DNA from: Nitrospirae bacterium MYbin3
Lineage (GTDB): Bacteria; Nitrospirota; Thermodesulfovibrionia; Thermodesulfovibrionales; Dissulfurispiraceae
Assembly: GCA_002753335.1 (NCBI GenBank)
Contig: PEAD01000017.1
Coordinates: 1-62,142, forward strand
Length of the DNA: 62,142 bases
Direction of reading: 5' to 3'
In this document: positions 38,741-48,756 of the stretch, one piece after another
Layout: the number at the start of each line of letters is the position of its first letter
Numbering within the stretch: position 1 is the stretch's first letter
Made by a program: the position numbers and the translations under genes
Notes under the pieces: model-generated
Told to the model about the DNA's origin: nothing
The model's input: only the letters and a program-made list of their open reading frames with translations
Database searches by the model: none

Positions 38741-39451
38741 ATGATTCTTGGTGTGAATGTGGATCATGTGGCAACGGTAAGGCAGGCAAGAAGGACGTTT
38801 GAACCTGATCCTGCGGTGGCTGCTGCTCTTGCGATATTGGGGGGCGCGGACGGCATAACCATACATCTGCGTGAAGACCGAAGGCATGCACAGGACAGGG
38901 ATGTAAGACTGCTGCGCGAAACAGTTCCGACCGAGCTGAATCTTGAAATGGCCGCCACCAAAGAAATGGTGGCTATCGCAATAAAGATAAAACCTGATAT
39001 GGTTACGCTCGTGCCCGAAAAAAGGCAGGAGTTGACGACCGAGGGCGGGCTGGATGTGGCAGGACAGAAGAAGCATATGAAAGAGACGGTGAAGAAGCTC
39101 CATGCTGCAGGGATTCCTGTGAGCCTTTTCATAAATCCGCAGGCGGTGGATATTGCGGTGTCAAGGGAAATCGGAGCCGACATGATCGAGATACATACGG
39201 GGCTTTATTCCGATTCAAAAGGCAGGCGGAAGGAAAAAGAGCTGCATCGTGTGATAGAGGCTGTGAAAACAGCCGCCAAGCTGGATCTTACCGCTAATGC
39301 CGGACACGGCCTGAACTACTACAATGTAAAACCTATCGCTGCGATAGAGGGGATAAGGGGGCTGTATATCGGCCACAGCATCGTGTCACGCGCCGTTCTT
39401 GTGGGAATGGAGCGTGCTGTTCGTGAGATGAAGGAATTGATAAAAGGGTAG
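38741..39451 (+). CDS. pdxJ: Pyridoxine 5'-phosphate synthase
   Basis: [45 protein letters not shown]. Confidence 0.98.
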   Translation: MILGVNVDHVATVRQARRTFEPDPAVAAALAILGGADGITIHLREDRRHAQDRDVRLLRETVPTELNLEMAATKEMVAIAIKIKPDMVTLVPEKRQELTTEGGLDVAGQKKHMKETVKKLHAAGIPVSLFINPQAVDIAVSREIGADMIEIHTGLYSDSKGRRKEKELHRVIEAVKTAAKLDLTANAGHGLNYYNVKPIAAIEGIRGLYIGHSIVSRAVLVGMERAVREMKELIKG

Positions 39452-39456
39452 TTCTG

Positions 39457-41718
39457 TTAGGGTTCGTTAATCTGTCCTGACGACATCACATCTTTTATTA
39501 CACTGCTGAAATTCTGCGCCGTATAAGGTTTAACTATGCAGCCCGAAAATCCGTACTGAGCATAATTTGCCATTATAGGATCATTGGAATAACCGCTAGA
39601 GACAATTGCTTTGGCGTCAGGATTAATCTCCAGTATTTTTGTTATCGCTTTATCTCCGCCCATGCCGCCCGGTATAGTCAGGTCCATAATCAGCAGATCA
39701 ATAGGCGTGCCTGAACTTTGCATCCTGCCGTAAACTTCGACCGCCTCGGTGCCGTTTGAGGCAAACAGACATTCGTATCCTAATGAAGAGAGTATCTCTC
39801 CTGCCAAGTCACGAATTATCTGTTCGTCATCCATGATAAGCACTTTGCCGCAGCCTGCATTAAGCGTATTCTGTTTCTTTTGGGGCAGTAGGGGTTTGCC
39901 CGGAACCGCAGGAAGATAGATATGAAAGACGGTACCCTCACCAACCTTAGATTCCACCGTTATGTATCCGTCATGCCTTTTTATGATTGAATAGACCGTA
40001 GCAAGCCCTAGCCCGCTTCCGGTCTCTTTGGTAGTGAAATACGGATCAAAGATATTGGCGAGCACATTCTGAGGCATTCCTGTACCGGTATCTTTGACAG
40101 ACACTTTGACATACGGTCCTTCTCTGAGCACCGGCAGTTCGGCAATTGTATTGACCGCCGTAAAAAATATCCTGCCCCCATCAGGCATGGCCTGAGCAGC
40201 ATTTATTATCAGGTTGTTGAACACCTGATTTATCTGGCCGGAATCTATATCCACATTCCACAGGTCGTCCGAAATATCAAAGGTCGGGGCGATGTTTGCA
40301 CCAGAGAGAATAAACTTTGCAGATTCTCTGATGACCTTAGTTATTGACTCTGTTTCGCGCAGAGGGGCTCCGCCTTTCGAGAATGTAAGCAGCTGCTGTG
40401 TCAGGTCTGCAGCCCGTTTGCAGGCATTCTCGGCGTCGGTCAGTCGTGCATATTCTTTTCCCTCTTCATCGATAGAAAATTTTGCGAGGCTTATATTGCC
40501 TATAATGGCGGTAAGCAGATTATTGAAGTCATGGGCTATTCCTCCGGCCAAAAGCCCTACTGATTCAAGTTTAACAAGTTTTGCAAGCTCAGCCTCCAGT
40601 TTGGTTTTTTCGGTAACATCCCTGAAAACCAGAACCACGCCCACTATAGAGCTGCTGCTGTCTCTTATCGGCGCTGCGCTGTCCTCGATTATTTTCCTCT
40701 CCCCATTTTTTGCTATGAGCACCGTGTGGTTTTCGAGCCCAACAATAATGCCTTTTTTTATAACTTTATCAACCGGGTTTTCACATTGCTCCCCTGTCTT
40801 TTCGTTTATGATGTTAAAAACCTCTTTGAGAAGCCGTCCTTCGGCAACCGACGAGTCCCAGCCTGTCATATTCTCTGCAACCCGGTTCATGAGAGTTATG
40901 GTCCCTTCAGTTTCTGTTACTATGACAGCATCGCCTATGCTGCGCAGAGTTACCAGCAGCCGTTCCTTCTCATTTCCTACGCGCTCTTCTCTTTCCCTAA
41001 GGGCTTTAATCATGCTGTTGAACTCTTTTGTAAGCTGTCCCAATTCATCATCGGAATTCACAGGGATCGTTTCAGGAAGTTCTCCCTGCTTGTGGAGCGT
41101 TGCTGATTTATGCAGGGCAAGGATCGGGTTTAGAATGTATTTTCTGAGCAGAAAGTTAAGCAGAACAATAGCAAAAGCAACGCAAATGAGTGAGATCAAA
41201 ATGTTGAGAAACACCTGTTTCTTCAGCGCCTGCTCGAAATCATGCATCGAAAGCTTGACCCTGACATAGCCTATAAGCAGTTTGTCTTTTTCATCTGATG
41301 ATTTTTCAATCTTGTAATAAATTGGAGAATAAAAGTCTATATAACCTTTATTCTTTTTATAGAAATTATTCCGGCTGGATTTGTAAAAGCTTATGGCTTC
41401 GGTGTCAGGCAATTCATTTTGTCTGCCTACAGGGTAAGAATCTATGGCATGCCATAAGGATGTATAAACCTGGGCAAGTTCTACATCCTTTGTGTGAACA
41501 AGGTCCTGAAACTGTTTTATGAAATCCAGATTTTCTGACGCCACTCCTTCATCTATAGCCATCGAAAGGGATTCAGCCAGAGTTATGCCGCGCACTATTA
41601 CCTCACGCTCCATGCTTTTCTTATGGGCGTTGATGAAAAATAGGGACGACACAAAACCCGCCCCGATGACAACTGCGGCGACAAAGATTGTGGCCCGTGT
41701 CTGCAGCGTGAGCTTCAT
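39457..41718 (-). CDS. Membrane hybrid histidine kinase (periplasmic sensor, HAMP, PAS, HisKA, HATPase, REC)
   Basis: Two TM helices, DELGQL..FN.M, SIGDAVI, AHDFNN, MDLTIPGG..SSGYS. Confidence 0.93.
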   Translation of the reverse strand: MKLTLQTRATIFVAAVVIGAGFVSSLFFINAHKKSMEREVIVRGITLAESLSMAIDEGVASENLDFIKQFQDLVHTKDVELAQVYTSLWHAIDSYPVGRQNELPDTEAISFYKSSRNNFYKKNKGYIDFYSPIYYKIEKSSDEKDKLLIGYVRVKLSMHDFEQALKKQVFLNILISLICVAFAIVLLNFLLRKYILNPILALHKSATLHKQGELPETIPVNSDDELGQLTKEFNSMIKALREREERVGNEKERLLVTLRSIGDAVIVTETEGTITLMNRVAENMTGWDSSVAEGRLLKEVFNIINEKTGEQCENPVDKVIKKGIIVGLENHTVLIAKNGERKIIEDSAAPIRDSSSSIVGVVLVFRDVTEKTKLEAELAKLVKLESVGLLAGGIAHDFNNLLTAIIGNISLAKFSIDEEGKEYARLTDAENACKRAADLTQQLLTFSKGGAPLRETESITKVIRESAKFILSGANIAPTFDISDDLWNVDIDSGQINQVFNNLIINAAQAMPDGGRIFFTAVNTIAELPVLREGPYVKVSVKDTGTGMPQNVLANIFDPYFTTKETGSGLGLATVYSIIKRHDGYITVESKVGEGTVFHIYLPAVPGKPLLPQKKQNTLNAGCGKVLIMDDEQIIRDLAGEILSSLGYECLFASNGTEAVEVYGRMQSSGTPIDLLIMDLTIPGGMGGDKAITKILEINPDAKAIVSSGYSNDPIMANYAQYGFSGCIVKPYTAQNFSSVIKDVMSSGQINEP

Positions 41719-42527
41719 TTTATTTCGGCAAGCGAGATTGAACCATACGATGCTATAAGTTTTTGCGCCTTCGGGCTTAAAACATAATCGAGGAAACGTT
41801 TTGTTTTGGGGCTTGCGTCCTTTTTCACTACAAGGTAAAGCGGTCTTCTAAGCGGGTATTTGTTCGATATGATATTTGCTTTTGTGGGTTGTACCCCGTT
41901 CACATTCAGCATCTTGACATTGCGCTTCCGTGCGCTCGAAAACCCGCTGCTGGCAAATCCTTCCGGAGTCTTTTCTACCAACTGCTCCCATATGGCCGCT
42001 GATGCCGCCTGAACAGAAGAGTTTTTCTGTTGTTCAGGCGATTTGCCTTTTAAGACCGTGCTTGTCAGGGATTGAATTACGCCACCGGATATGTCTGACG
42101 GGATAAAGGATATAAGCTTCATATTCGGACCGCCGAGCTGTTTCCAGTTGTCTATCTGGCCTGCATAGATGTCTCTCACCTGCATTTGGGTGATTGAATT
42201 GACAGGGTTGGATTTGTGCACTACGAATACGAGGGCGTCCCATGCAACCTGAACATACTCGAGGTTGTCAGAATCTTTTTTTGTTTTTGTTACGCAGGAT
42301 GCCGAGAAATCTACATTTCCGGCTAGTATGTCCGCCAACCCGCGCGGGCTGCCGCCTCCCATGATATGCATTTTTACACCGGTTTCTTTTTCGTATTCCT
42401 TGGAGAGGTCTATCAGGTAGCCTGTTGTGCTGACAGAACAGCCGCTTCCGGTGAGGACCTCAGAAGAAAAAGCTGCTGCAGGAAACAATAAAAAGAGAAA
42501 CAGAATGCAGATAATATATCTTCCCAT
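41715..42527 (-). CDS. PstS-like periplasmic solute-binding protein
   Basis: Signal peptide, GGGS..G, AWDALVFVVH..NPV, YAGQIDNW, YPLRRPLY. Confidence 0.85.
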   Translation of the reverse strand: MGRYIICILFLFLLFPAAAFSSEVLTGSGCSVSTTGYLIDLSKEYEKETGVKMHIMGGGSPRGLADILAGNVDFSASCVTKTKKDSDNLEYVQVAWDALVFVVHKSNPVNSITQMQVRDIYAGQIDNWKQLGGPNMKLISFIPSDISGGVIQSLTSTVLKGKSPEQQKNSSVQAASAAIWEQLVEKTPEGFASSGFSSARKRNVKMLNVNGVQPTKANIISNKYPLRRPLYLVVKKDASPKTKRFLDYVLSPKAQKLIASYGSISLAEIK

Positions 42528-42557
42528 GATAATCTCCCCCCCTTGTAAGCCTTATTA

Positions 42558-42586
42558 ATTTTAGCTCAATCCCCTAATATTGACAA
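42558..42586 (-). promoter_or_regulatory. Sigma-70 promoter of the binding-protein/kinase pair
   Basis: TTGTCA, 17 nt, TAAAAT. Confidence 0.6.
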
Positions 42587-42610
42587 CTCAAAAATTCAAC
42601 ACTCAAAAGT

Positions 42611-44566
42611 TCAGGCAGAAAGAAGCTCCCTGATTTTCAAGAGCATATTGTCAGGGTTAATCGGTTTCATGAGAATAGTCGCATCGTCTTCTGCAAACCC
42701 TTTCTGGCTCAGGTATTCACGCGGGTAGCCGCTTATAAAAAGCGCTTTAATATGAGGATTTGTCTTTTTCATTTCGTCCAATATCTCTTTGCCGTTCTTT
42801 TTTGGCATTATAACATCAAGTATCACCATGTCTATTTCCCCGCTCTTTTCTCTGTACAGTTTCAAGCCTTCTTCCGGGTCTTCAATTCTATCAACCTGAT
42901 AACCATGTTCTTCCAGAGTGAGCTTGATAACAGTTCCCACAGACAGATCATCCTCCAGCAAAAGTATCCTCTCTGTGCCTCCTCCTGCTTCTACCGTTTT
43001 TTCTTTTATCGGCTCACTGTGTGTGCTTAGGTGGAGCGGCAGATATATTTTAAAAGTTGTCCCGATTCCCTTTTCGCTGTACACATTGATAAATCCCTCA
43101 TGCTGTTTTACTATCCCGTAAGCCATCGACAAACCGAGGCCGCTGCCTTTGCCCACTTCTTTGGTTGTATAGAAAGGCTCAAATATATGCTTAAGGTCCT
43201 GTTTGTCTATTCCTTCTCCTGTATCGGTTGTTGATATCACAGCATACCGCCCTGTTTTTTCATAGCTGTGCTTTTTGACTTCATTTTCGCCTATTTCAAT
43301 GCTGCCTGTTTCCAAGTATAGTTCTCCGCCGGTTTTCATAGCATCCCGCGCATTGACCGCAAGGTTTATCAACACTTGCTGTATCTGGGATGAATCTATC
43401 ATGCATACGAGTGGAGTTTTAGTTGTTTTTGTCTTGACCCTTATATCTTCACCTATAAGACGGACTATCAATTTTTCTGTATCCAGCAACACCTGATTTA
43501 TATCTGCGGGCTTTACTATTAACACCTGTTTTCTGCTGTAGGCAAGCAGTCCCCGTGTCAAATTAGCGGCTTTTTCGGAAAGGGCAAGGATTTCATCAAT
43601 GAAATCTTTTGTTAATGCTTCACCGGTCTTCTTTTTTATCATGCTGCCATATCCGATTATGCCTTGCAGGATGTTGTTGAAGTCATGCGCAACTCCTCCG
43701 GCAAGCACGCCTACCGCCTCCATTTTCTGGGACTGACGGAGCTGGTCTTCGAGTTTTCTGTGGTCAGTTATATCAAAATTTATTCCGAGCATACGGATAG
43801 GTTTGCCTTCAGAATCCCGGATAACAAGACCGTTGGCCTTTATCTGCTTTACGGTCCCGTTTGGATGCAGTACTCTGAAATCTGTGTTCCATTCTTTTTC
43901 GCCTCTTAAAGCAGCCTCGCATTCTTTAATGGTCTTCTCGCGGTCTTCCGGATGCAGGCCGTTCTGCCATGCCTCGATGCCGCCCGGAAATGTTTCCAAT
44001 GTAAGGCCGTAGAGTTCAAGCATCCGGTCATCCCAAAACATAGTGTTGTCAGTAAGGTTCCAATCCCAGACGCCAAGCTTGGCAGAATCTGTTGCCAGTT
44101 TAAGGCGCTGTGTAAGTGACCTCAGGTTTTCTTCCGCCTGTTTTTGCTCTTCCAGTTGTTTTTGTAATTTGCAGTTTAACCCTTTAATCTCTTCCAGAGC
44201 CTTTGTCAAACTTGGCAGTGCAATAGCCTTGGGAATCAGCGGTATGAAAATAATTGCAGAGAGTAAAGAAACAAACGCTGTGACGCCCTTGACTATTCCT
44301 TCCAGCCAGTATTCCGGAACATATATCGTATATATGGCAAACAGATGCGTAGTGCCGCAGGCGAGGATAAACAGTCCGAAAAGTACAAATATTTTTATAA
44401 AAGGGAGGTCGCGTCTTTTGTAAACAAAGTATAAAAGGGCAAATGTGATCGCGTAGTAAGAGGTTCCTGTAATAGCATCAGAAATTACATGCAGCCAGAC
44501 CAATGGCTTTTCCCACAAAAAACAGAAGCCATGAGCCATGTATTCATTCATCATGCTATGATCCAC
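42611..44566 (-). CDS. Hybrid histidine kinase with ethylene-receptor (ETR1-like) N-terminal membrane domain, PAS and REC
   Basis: HGFC.LW, SD......Y..I, FILACGTTH, then PAS (W....HPEDR), AHDFNN and receiver. Start probably GTG 44566 behind GGGGGA. Confidence 0.88.
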   Translation of the reverse strand: MDHSMMNEYMAHGFCFLWEKPLVWLHVISDAITGTSYYAITFALLYFVYKRRDLPFIKIFVLFGLFILACGTTHLFAIYTIYVPEYWLEGIVKGVTAFVSLLSAIIFIPLIPKAIALPSLTKALEEIKGLNCKLQKQLEEQKQAEENLRSLTQRLKLATDSAKLGVWDWNLTDNTMFWDDRMLELYGLTLETFPGGIEAWQNGLHPEDREKTIKECEAALRGEKEWNTDFRVLHPNGTVKQIKANGLVIRDSEGKPIRMLGINFDITDHRKLEDQLRQSQKMEAVGVLAGGVAHDFNNILQGIIGYGSMIKKKTGEALTKDFIDEILALSEKAANLTRGLLAYSRKQVLIVKPADINQVLLDTEKLIVRLIGEDIRVKTKTTKTPLVCMIDSSQIQQVLINLAVNARDAMKTGGELYLETGSIEIGENEVKKHSYEKTGRYAVISTTDTGEGIDKQDLKHIFEPFYTTKEVGKGSGLGLSMAYGIVKQHEGFINVYSEKGIGTTFKIYLPLHLSTHSEPIKEKTVEAGGGTERILLLEDDLSVGTVIKLTLEEHGYQVDRIEDPEEGLKLYREKSGEIDMVILDVIMPKKNGKEILDEMKKTNPHIKALFISGYPREYLSQKGFAEDDATILMKPINPDNMLLKIRELLSA

Positions 44567-44757
44567 AAATATCCCCCAAACTGCCGCTTGCACATTGCAT
44601 ACAAGAATGATACTACCCCTTATTGCAAATATCAAGGCGGACCGCAGTGCAAAATGTGAAAATTACCTTTCCAAATAATGCCTGTATTGCTATAATTACT
44701 CATTAGCCTGCTAGGCTTATATGATCGGCTATATTTAATCACTACGGAGGAATCGTT

Positions 44758-45039
44758 ATGAAGATAAGAATGTTTTTTGCTGTCTGTATTTTTTTTGTTG
44801 TTTGTGCAACTAATGTTTTTTGTGCTGAACAGTCCAAAGACGATGATGGCAGATACCAGCTCTTTCAGGGCACCTACACCACCATTAACCTGAAGAGGCA
44901 GGAGACATCTACGCATCAAGCTGTGTTTCTTATCGATACCAGGACAGGCAAGGTTAAACGCTATCTCAATATGATTGATGCTGATGGCAAGTATGTTGAG
45001 ACCTGTGGGCCGACCGAATCGCAGCAAGAGAAAAAATAG
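44758..45039 (+). CDS. Small exported hypothetical protein
   Basis: GGAGGA RBS, signal peptide, GRYQL...FLIDTRTGKV. Confidence 0.75.
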   Translation: MKIRMFFAVCIFFVVCATNVFCAEQSKDDDGRYQLFQGTYTTINLKRQETSTHQAVFLIDTRTGKVKRYLNMIDADGKYVETCGPTESQQEKK

Positions 45040-45070
45040 CAATATCACTTTCGCAATAAAGGAGGCTGTG

Positions 45071-47350
45071 ATGAAAAAGCCTTTTGTTTTATTCGCCCTG
45101 TCGCTGATTCTGCTTGTTTCGTGTGTTCCAACCGCAGAAGTTAAGAAGGATGGCCAGGATTTAAGCATAGCCACCGATGAGCTTCCTAGGACTATAGCGA
45201 TACTTCCTTTCCAGAACGAAACTCAGGAAGTAGGCATATCCAACCAGATTCGGCGCTCCTTTGCCAACCATTTCAGCGGAAAGGCCTACCGCGACATAAA
45301 GCTTCCGATAGTGGATGAAAAGGCTGTGCAGCTCGAAAAATCCACAGGAAAGAGCATCGTCGAAATAGCCCCTGCCGAGATTTGTCAGGCGATCGCCTGC
45401 GATGGCTTAATCTATGGCCGTGTGATCGACTATAAAAAAGTTTATGCAGGCGTATATTCGCAGCTTGGAGCAGAGGCAGAGATATGGATGGTAAATGCCA
45501 AGACAGGCAAGGAGATTTTCAGGATACGGGATGCGGTGCGCTACCATGAGGGAGGGGTTCCGATGTCGCCTGTCGGAGCTATAATGACCGCAGTTTCGAC
45601 AGCTATGAACCTGCGCGAGATCCAGCAGGTTAGGATGGTCAATGAGCTTTGCTATAAATTCAATTTGAAAATACCTTCGCCGACAGGCGTGGCCAAAGAC
45701 GATGCTCCTGTAATCAAGGAAGTGCTTACCAACATAAAAGAGGGGCCGTTCAGCAAAGGGAAGGTTATCAGGGTTGGACTTGAGGGTGAGCCCGGCATAG
45801 TCGCGACTTTTGATATAGGCAACTTTAAAAAAGGCATTCTTATGAAAGAAACAAAGCCCGGCATTTATATGGGTGAATATCTTGTTTTGCCGGGGGATAA
45901 TTCGGCAGACATGCCTATCATCGCATCTCTGAAAAGGGCGGGAGGCTATGAAAGCCAGTGGACCGACGTGAGCGGTTTTGTGAGCATTGACACCACTGCG
46001 CCCCCGCAGATAAAGGGGCTGAGGGCCAAAGGTTTTCAGGACAGGATAGAGCTTGCGTGGGAGCCGGTAAAGAATGTGAGCGATCTTGCGGGCTACAAAG
46101 TGCTGAGAAGTGAACAGCCGCTGAGCGGCTTTGCAGAGATAGCAAAAACCGAACAGGCTGTGTTTGAAGACAAGACCGCAAAAGCCGATGCTGTTTTTTA
46201 TTACAGGGTTATAGCTTATGACGCAACAGGCAATGATTCGGAGAATGTTGATTCTGTTAAGTCGGCCTTGGTGTCTAAAGAGCCTGTGCTGCTTTCTGGC
46301 GAAGCTGCCAAGGACACAATCCTTTCGGGCAATTATATTGTCAAGAATTATTATAAAGTTCCGAAGGGCATTACGCTTTCTATTGAGCCTGATACACGCA
46401 TCAGCTTCGACGACAATGCTTCATTGCAGGTCAGCGGCCGTTTGGCTGTCAGCGGAAAAGAGGCCCCCGTTGAATTTGTGCCTGTTCAGGCCAAGAAGTG
46501 GCGGGGCATTGCGATAGACGGCGGCAGCGTCTCTATGAACGGGTTCCGCATAAAGGGCGCAGAGGTTGCTTTGAATATTTCCCATGCTGACGGGACTATC
46601 GAGAATGGCTCTATCTCGGGCAGTGATAAGGGCGCCGTAATATCCGGAGTTCCATCGGTTTCGGTTAAAGGCATGACAGTGTCCAGCAATAAGTTAGGCA
46701 TCGAGCTTATAAAAACAAATACTGTCATAAACGCATCCGGCATTTTTCAAAATGAGCGCGGCGTATTTATGCAGGGCTTTTCTGGAGAGTTGGCTGACAC
46801 AAATATTTACGACAACGGTGAAAATATCGTATCCGAAAATCCTGTGAAGATAGGCGCTAATTATTTAGGTTCTACAAATGTTGAGGAGATGAAAATTAAA
46901 GGCGTAACTGTAACAAAGATATATAACAGCGCGTACCCATCCGGCAAGATAATTGATGCTGTGGCCGACCCCTATGCGTCGCTTTCTCAGGATGAGCGCC
47001 AGAAAAAGGCTGCCGAATTTTTGATAGAGGCTGGCGGTTTTTTCAGACAGAGGAATTACGGCAAGGCCTCGAATCTTTTTGAGAATGCATTGAAGGCCAA
47101 TCCCTCACCGGATACGTTTTATTATTTAGCGCTTTGTTATCAGGAGATGAAGGAAGACGACAAGGCTATGAAGCACCTTGAAGACGGTGTTAAGAAATTC
47201 CCCAACGACTCTACGCTCCAGCGTGCGGTGGGTTTTATGCACTACCAGCGCGGCAATGAACCGGAGGCTAAAAAGGCGTTTTTGGAAGTTATTCGCCTCA
47301 GTCCCGACGACAGACAGGTGAAGTTCTTGCTGGAGAGGATCGGGAAGTAA
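45071..47350 (+). CDS. Multidomain lipoprotein: GNA1162/DUF799-like, FN3, beta-helix, TPR
   Basis: GGAGG RBS, lipobox LVSC, IAILPF.N, FN3 (LAW...GYKV.R...YYRVIAYD..GN.S), beta-helix repeats, C-terminal TPRs. Confidence 0.8.
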   Translation: MKKPFVLFALSLILLVSCVPTAEVKKDGQDLSIATDELPRTIAILPFQNETQEVGISNQIRRSFANHFSGKAYRDIKLPIVDEKAVQLEKSTGKSIVEIAPAEICQAIACDGLIYGRVIDYKKVYAGVYSQLGAEAEIWMVNAKTGKEIFRIRDAVRYHEGGVPMSPVGAIMTAVSTAMNLREIQQVRMVNELCYKFNLKIPSPTGVAKDDAPVIKEVLTNIKEGPFSKGKVIRVGLEGEPGIVATFDIGNFKKGILMKETKPGIYMGEYLVLPGDNSADMPIIASLKRAGGYESQWTDVSGFVSIDTTAPPQIKGLRAKGFQDRIELAWEPVKNVSDLAGYKVLRSEQPLSGFAEIAKTEQAVFEDKTAKADAVFYYRVIAYDATGNDSENVDSVKSALVSKEPVLLSGEAAKDTILSGNYIVKNYYKVPKGITLSIEPDTRISFDDNASLQVSGRLAVSGKEAPVEFVPVQAKKWRGIAIDGGSVSMNGFRIKGAEVALNISHADGTIENGSISGSDKGAVISGVPSVSVKGMTVSSNKLGIELIKTNTVINASGIFQNERGVFMQGFSGELADTNIYDNGENIVSENPVKIGANYLGSTNVEEMKIKGVTVTKIYNSAYPSGKIIDAVADPYASLSQDERQKKAAEFLIEAGGFFRQRNYGKASNLFENALKANPSPDTFYYLALCYQEMKEDDKAMKHLEDGVKKFPNDSTLQRAVGFMHYQRGNEPEAKKAFLEVIRLSPDDRQVKFLLERIGK

Positions 47351-47386
47351 GGCGAAGAACTTGGGCAAGCAGGTACACTCACTCAA

Positions 47387-48745
47387 ATGATACGAGTTGG
47401 TTTTGGCCTTGATGCGCTTTTTTGCGGCAGTCTTATAACAACAGGCTTTTGCCTTTTTTATCTGTTCTGGCTTTACAGAAAGGAAATTTCTGCGCTCTAT
47501 CTGGGAGGAATCTGCAGTTTAGCCGCACTTTTTTATATAATCCCGGTCCTGGTCAAAACAGCAGCTTTGAATCAGGGCGCAGCAGCTGCTATAGAGCATG
47601 GCTCTCTCTATGTACTTGCGCTGTTATTTTGTTTGTACATTAGCAAGATAAAAGAGGCTGCATGGCCTCTTGCGTCACTCCTTTTTCTTGCGGCTATAGC
47701 AGGCAATGATGTATTGCTTTATCTAAATGTTATTTCAACCATCAGACTATTGCCGTCAGGGCTATTGATTTTTGTCTTTGTGCAAGCGTTCATGTTATTC
47801 AAGAGGCTTACCAAGACTTCCATTCAAGCCTCACAATCTTTTGCCCAATTGGCAACGTATGAGCGTTTTGTCCCTAATGAGTTTTTAATAAACCTGAACA
47901 AAAAGAATATAGTTGATGTGAGACTGGGAGACAATACCGAGAAAAGCATGTCTATCCTGTTTTCTGATATGCGCAATTTTACGGTTTTTTCGGAATCGAT
48001 GACTCCTGAAGAAAATTTTAAGTTTCTGAATTCCTATCTTACTGTGATGGGCCCGGTGATCAGGAAGCATAATGGGTTCATTGATAAATATATGGGAGAC
48101 GCCATTATGGCCTTATTCGCTGCAAGCGCCGATGATGCTTTAAGCAGCGCCATAGAGATGCTGCGCAAACTCGTTGGCTACAATGAGGGCCGCGCACGCG
48201 CCAAATATCGTCCTGTCAGCATCGGGATCGGTATAAACACAGGAAGTTTAAGAATAGGAATAATCGGAGAGCATGACAGGATGGAGGCAACGGTCATAAG
48301 CGATGCTGTCAATACCGCCTCGCGTATCGAAGGTATAACCAAAAAATATGGAGTGCCGCTCTTAATCAGCGGTGCAACGTATAGTGCCTTGCAAGATGCT
48401 TCAAAATATAAGATGCGCAGAATCGGCACAGTAAAGGTAAAGGGGAAGGAGCAATGGACCCCGATATGGGAGGTTTTTGATGCCGACCCGCCGGATTGCA
48501 GCAACTACAAGTTGGAGCTTGCATCGACATTTGAAGAGGCAGTTTCGATGTACGAGTCAAGAGCATTTGAGGCGGCATATGATCTGTTCCAGAACTGCTA
48601 CGTTAGGAATCCTCATGATAAACCGGCTAAATATTTCATAGACAAATGCTGGTTGAACATGAAGAGGCCTGAGAGCTATGAAGGGGTGGGGATAGCGCGG
48701 CGTATTATTTATGAACGAAGTGACGATGATTCTGACGTAGAGTAG
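47387..48745 (+). CDS. Membrane class III adenylate/guanylate cyclase with TPR-like tail
   Basis: ILFSDMRNFT, IDKYMGDAIMALF, GIGINTG, DAVNTASRIE, VKGK; Lys in DKY suggests ATP specificity. Confidence 0.92.
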   Translation: MIRVGFGLDALFCGSLITTGFCLFYLFWLYRKEISALYLGGICSLAALFYIIPVLVKTAALNQGAAAAIEHGSLYVLALLFCLYISKIKEAAWPLASLLFLAAIAGNDVLLYLNVISTIRLLPSGLLIFVFVQAFMLFKRLTKTSIQASQSFAQLATYERFVPNEFLINLNKKNIVDVRLGDNTEKSMSILFSDMRNFTVFSESMTPEENFKFLNSYLTVMGPVIRKHNGFIDKYMGDAIMALFAASADDALSSAIEMLRKLVGYNEGRARAKYRPVSIGIGINTGSLRIGIIGEHDRMEATVISDAVNTASRIEGITKKYGVPLLISGATYSALQDASKYKMRRIGTVKVKGKEQWTPIWEVFDADPPDCSNYKLELASTFEEAVSMYESRAFEAAYDLFQNCYVRNPHDKPAKYFIDKCWLNMKRPESYEGVGIARRIIYERSDDDSDVE

Positions 48746-48756
48746 CCTGCGGCCGG

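Noticed and set aside
40292..41269. 325-aa plus-strand ORF and other long antisense ORFs (e.g. 26754-27464, 38267-39103, 56071-56835, 60773-61492)
   Set aside because: Shadows of well-supported genes on the opposite strand, with no recognisable motifs.
42586..42613. ACTCAAAA(A/G)TTCA tandem pair
   Set aside because: Two low-complexity copies only; not a CRISPR or iteron array.
44632..45174. 180-aa minus-strand ORF
   Set aside because: Overlaps two plus-strand genes that have good RBS and signal peptides.
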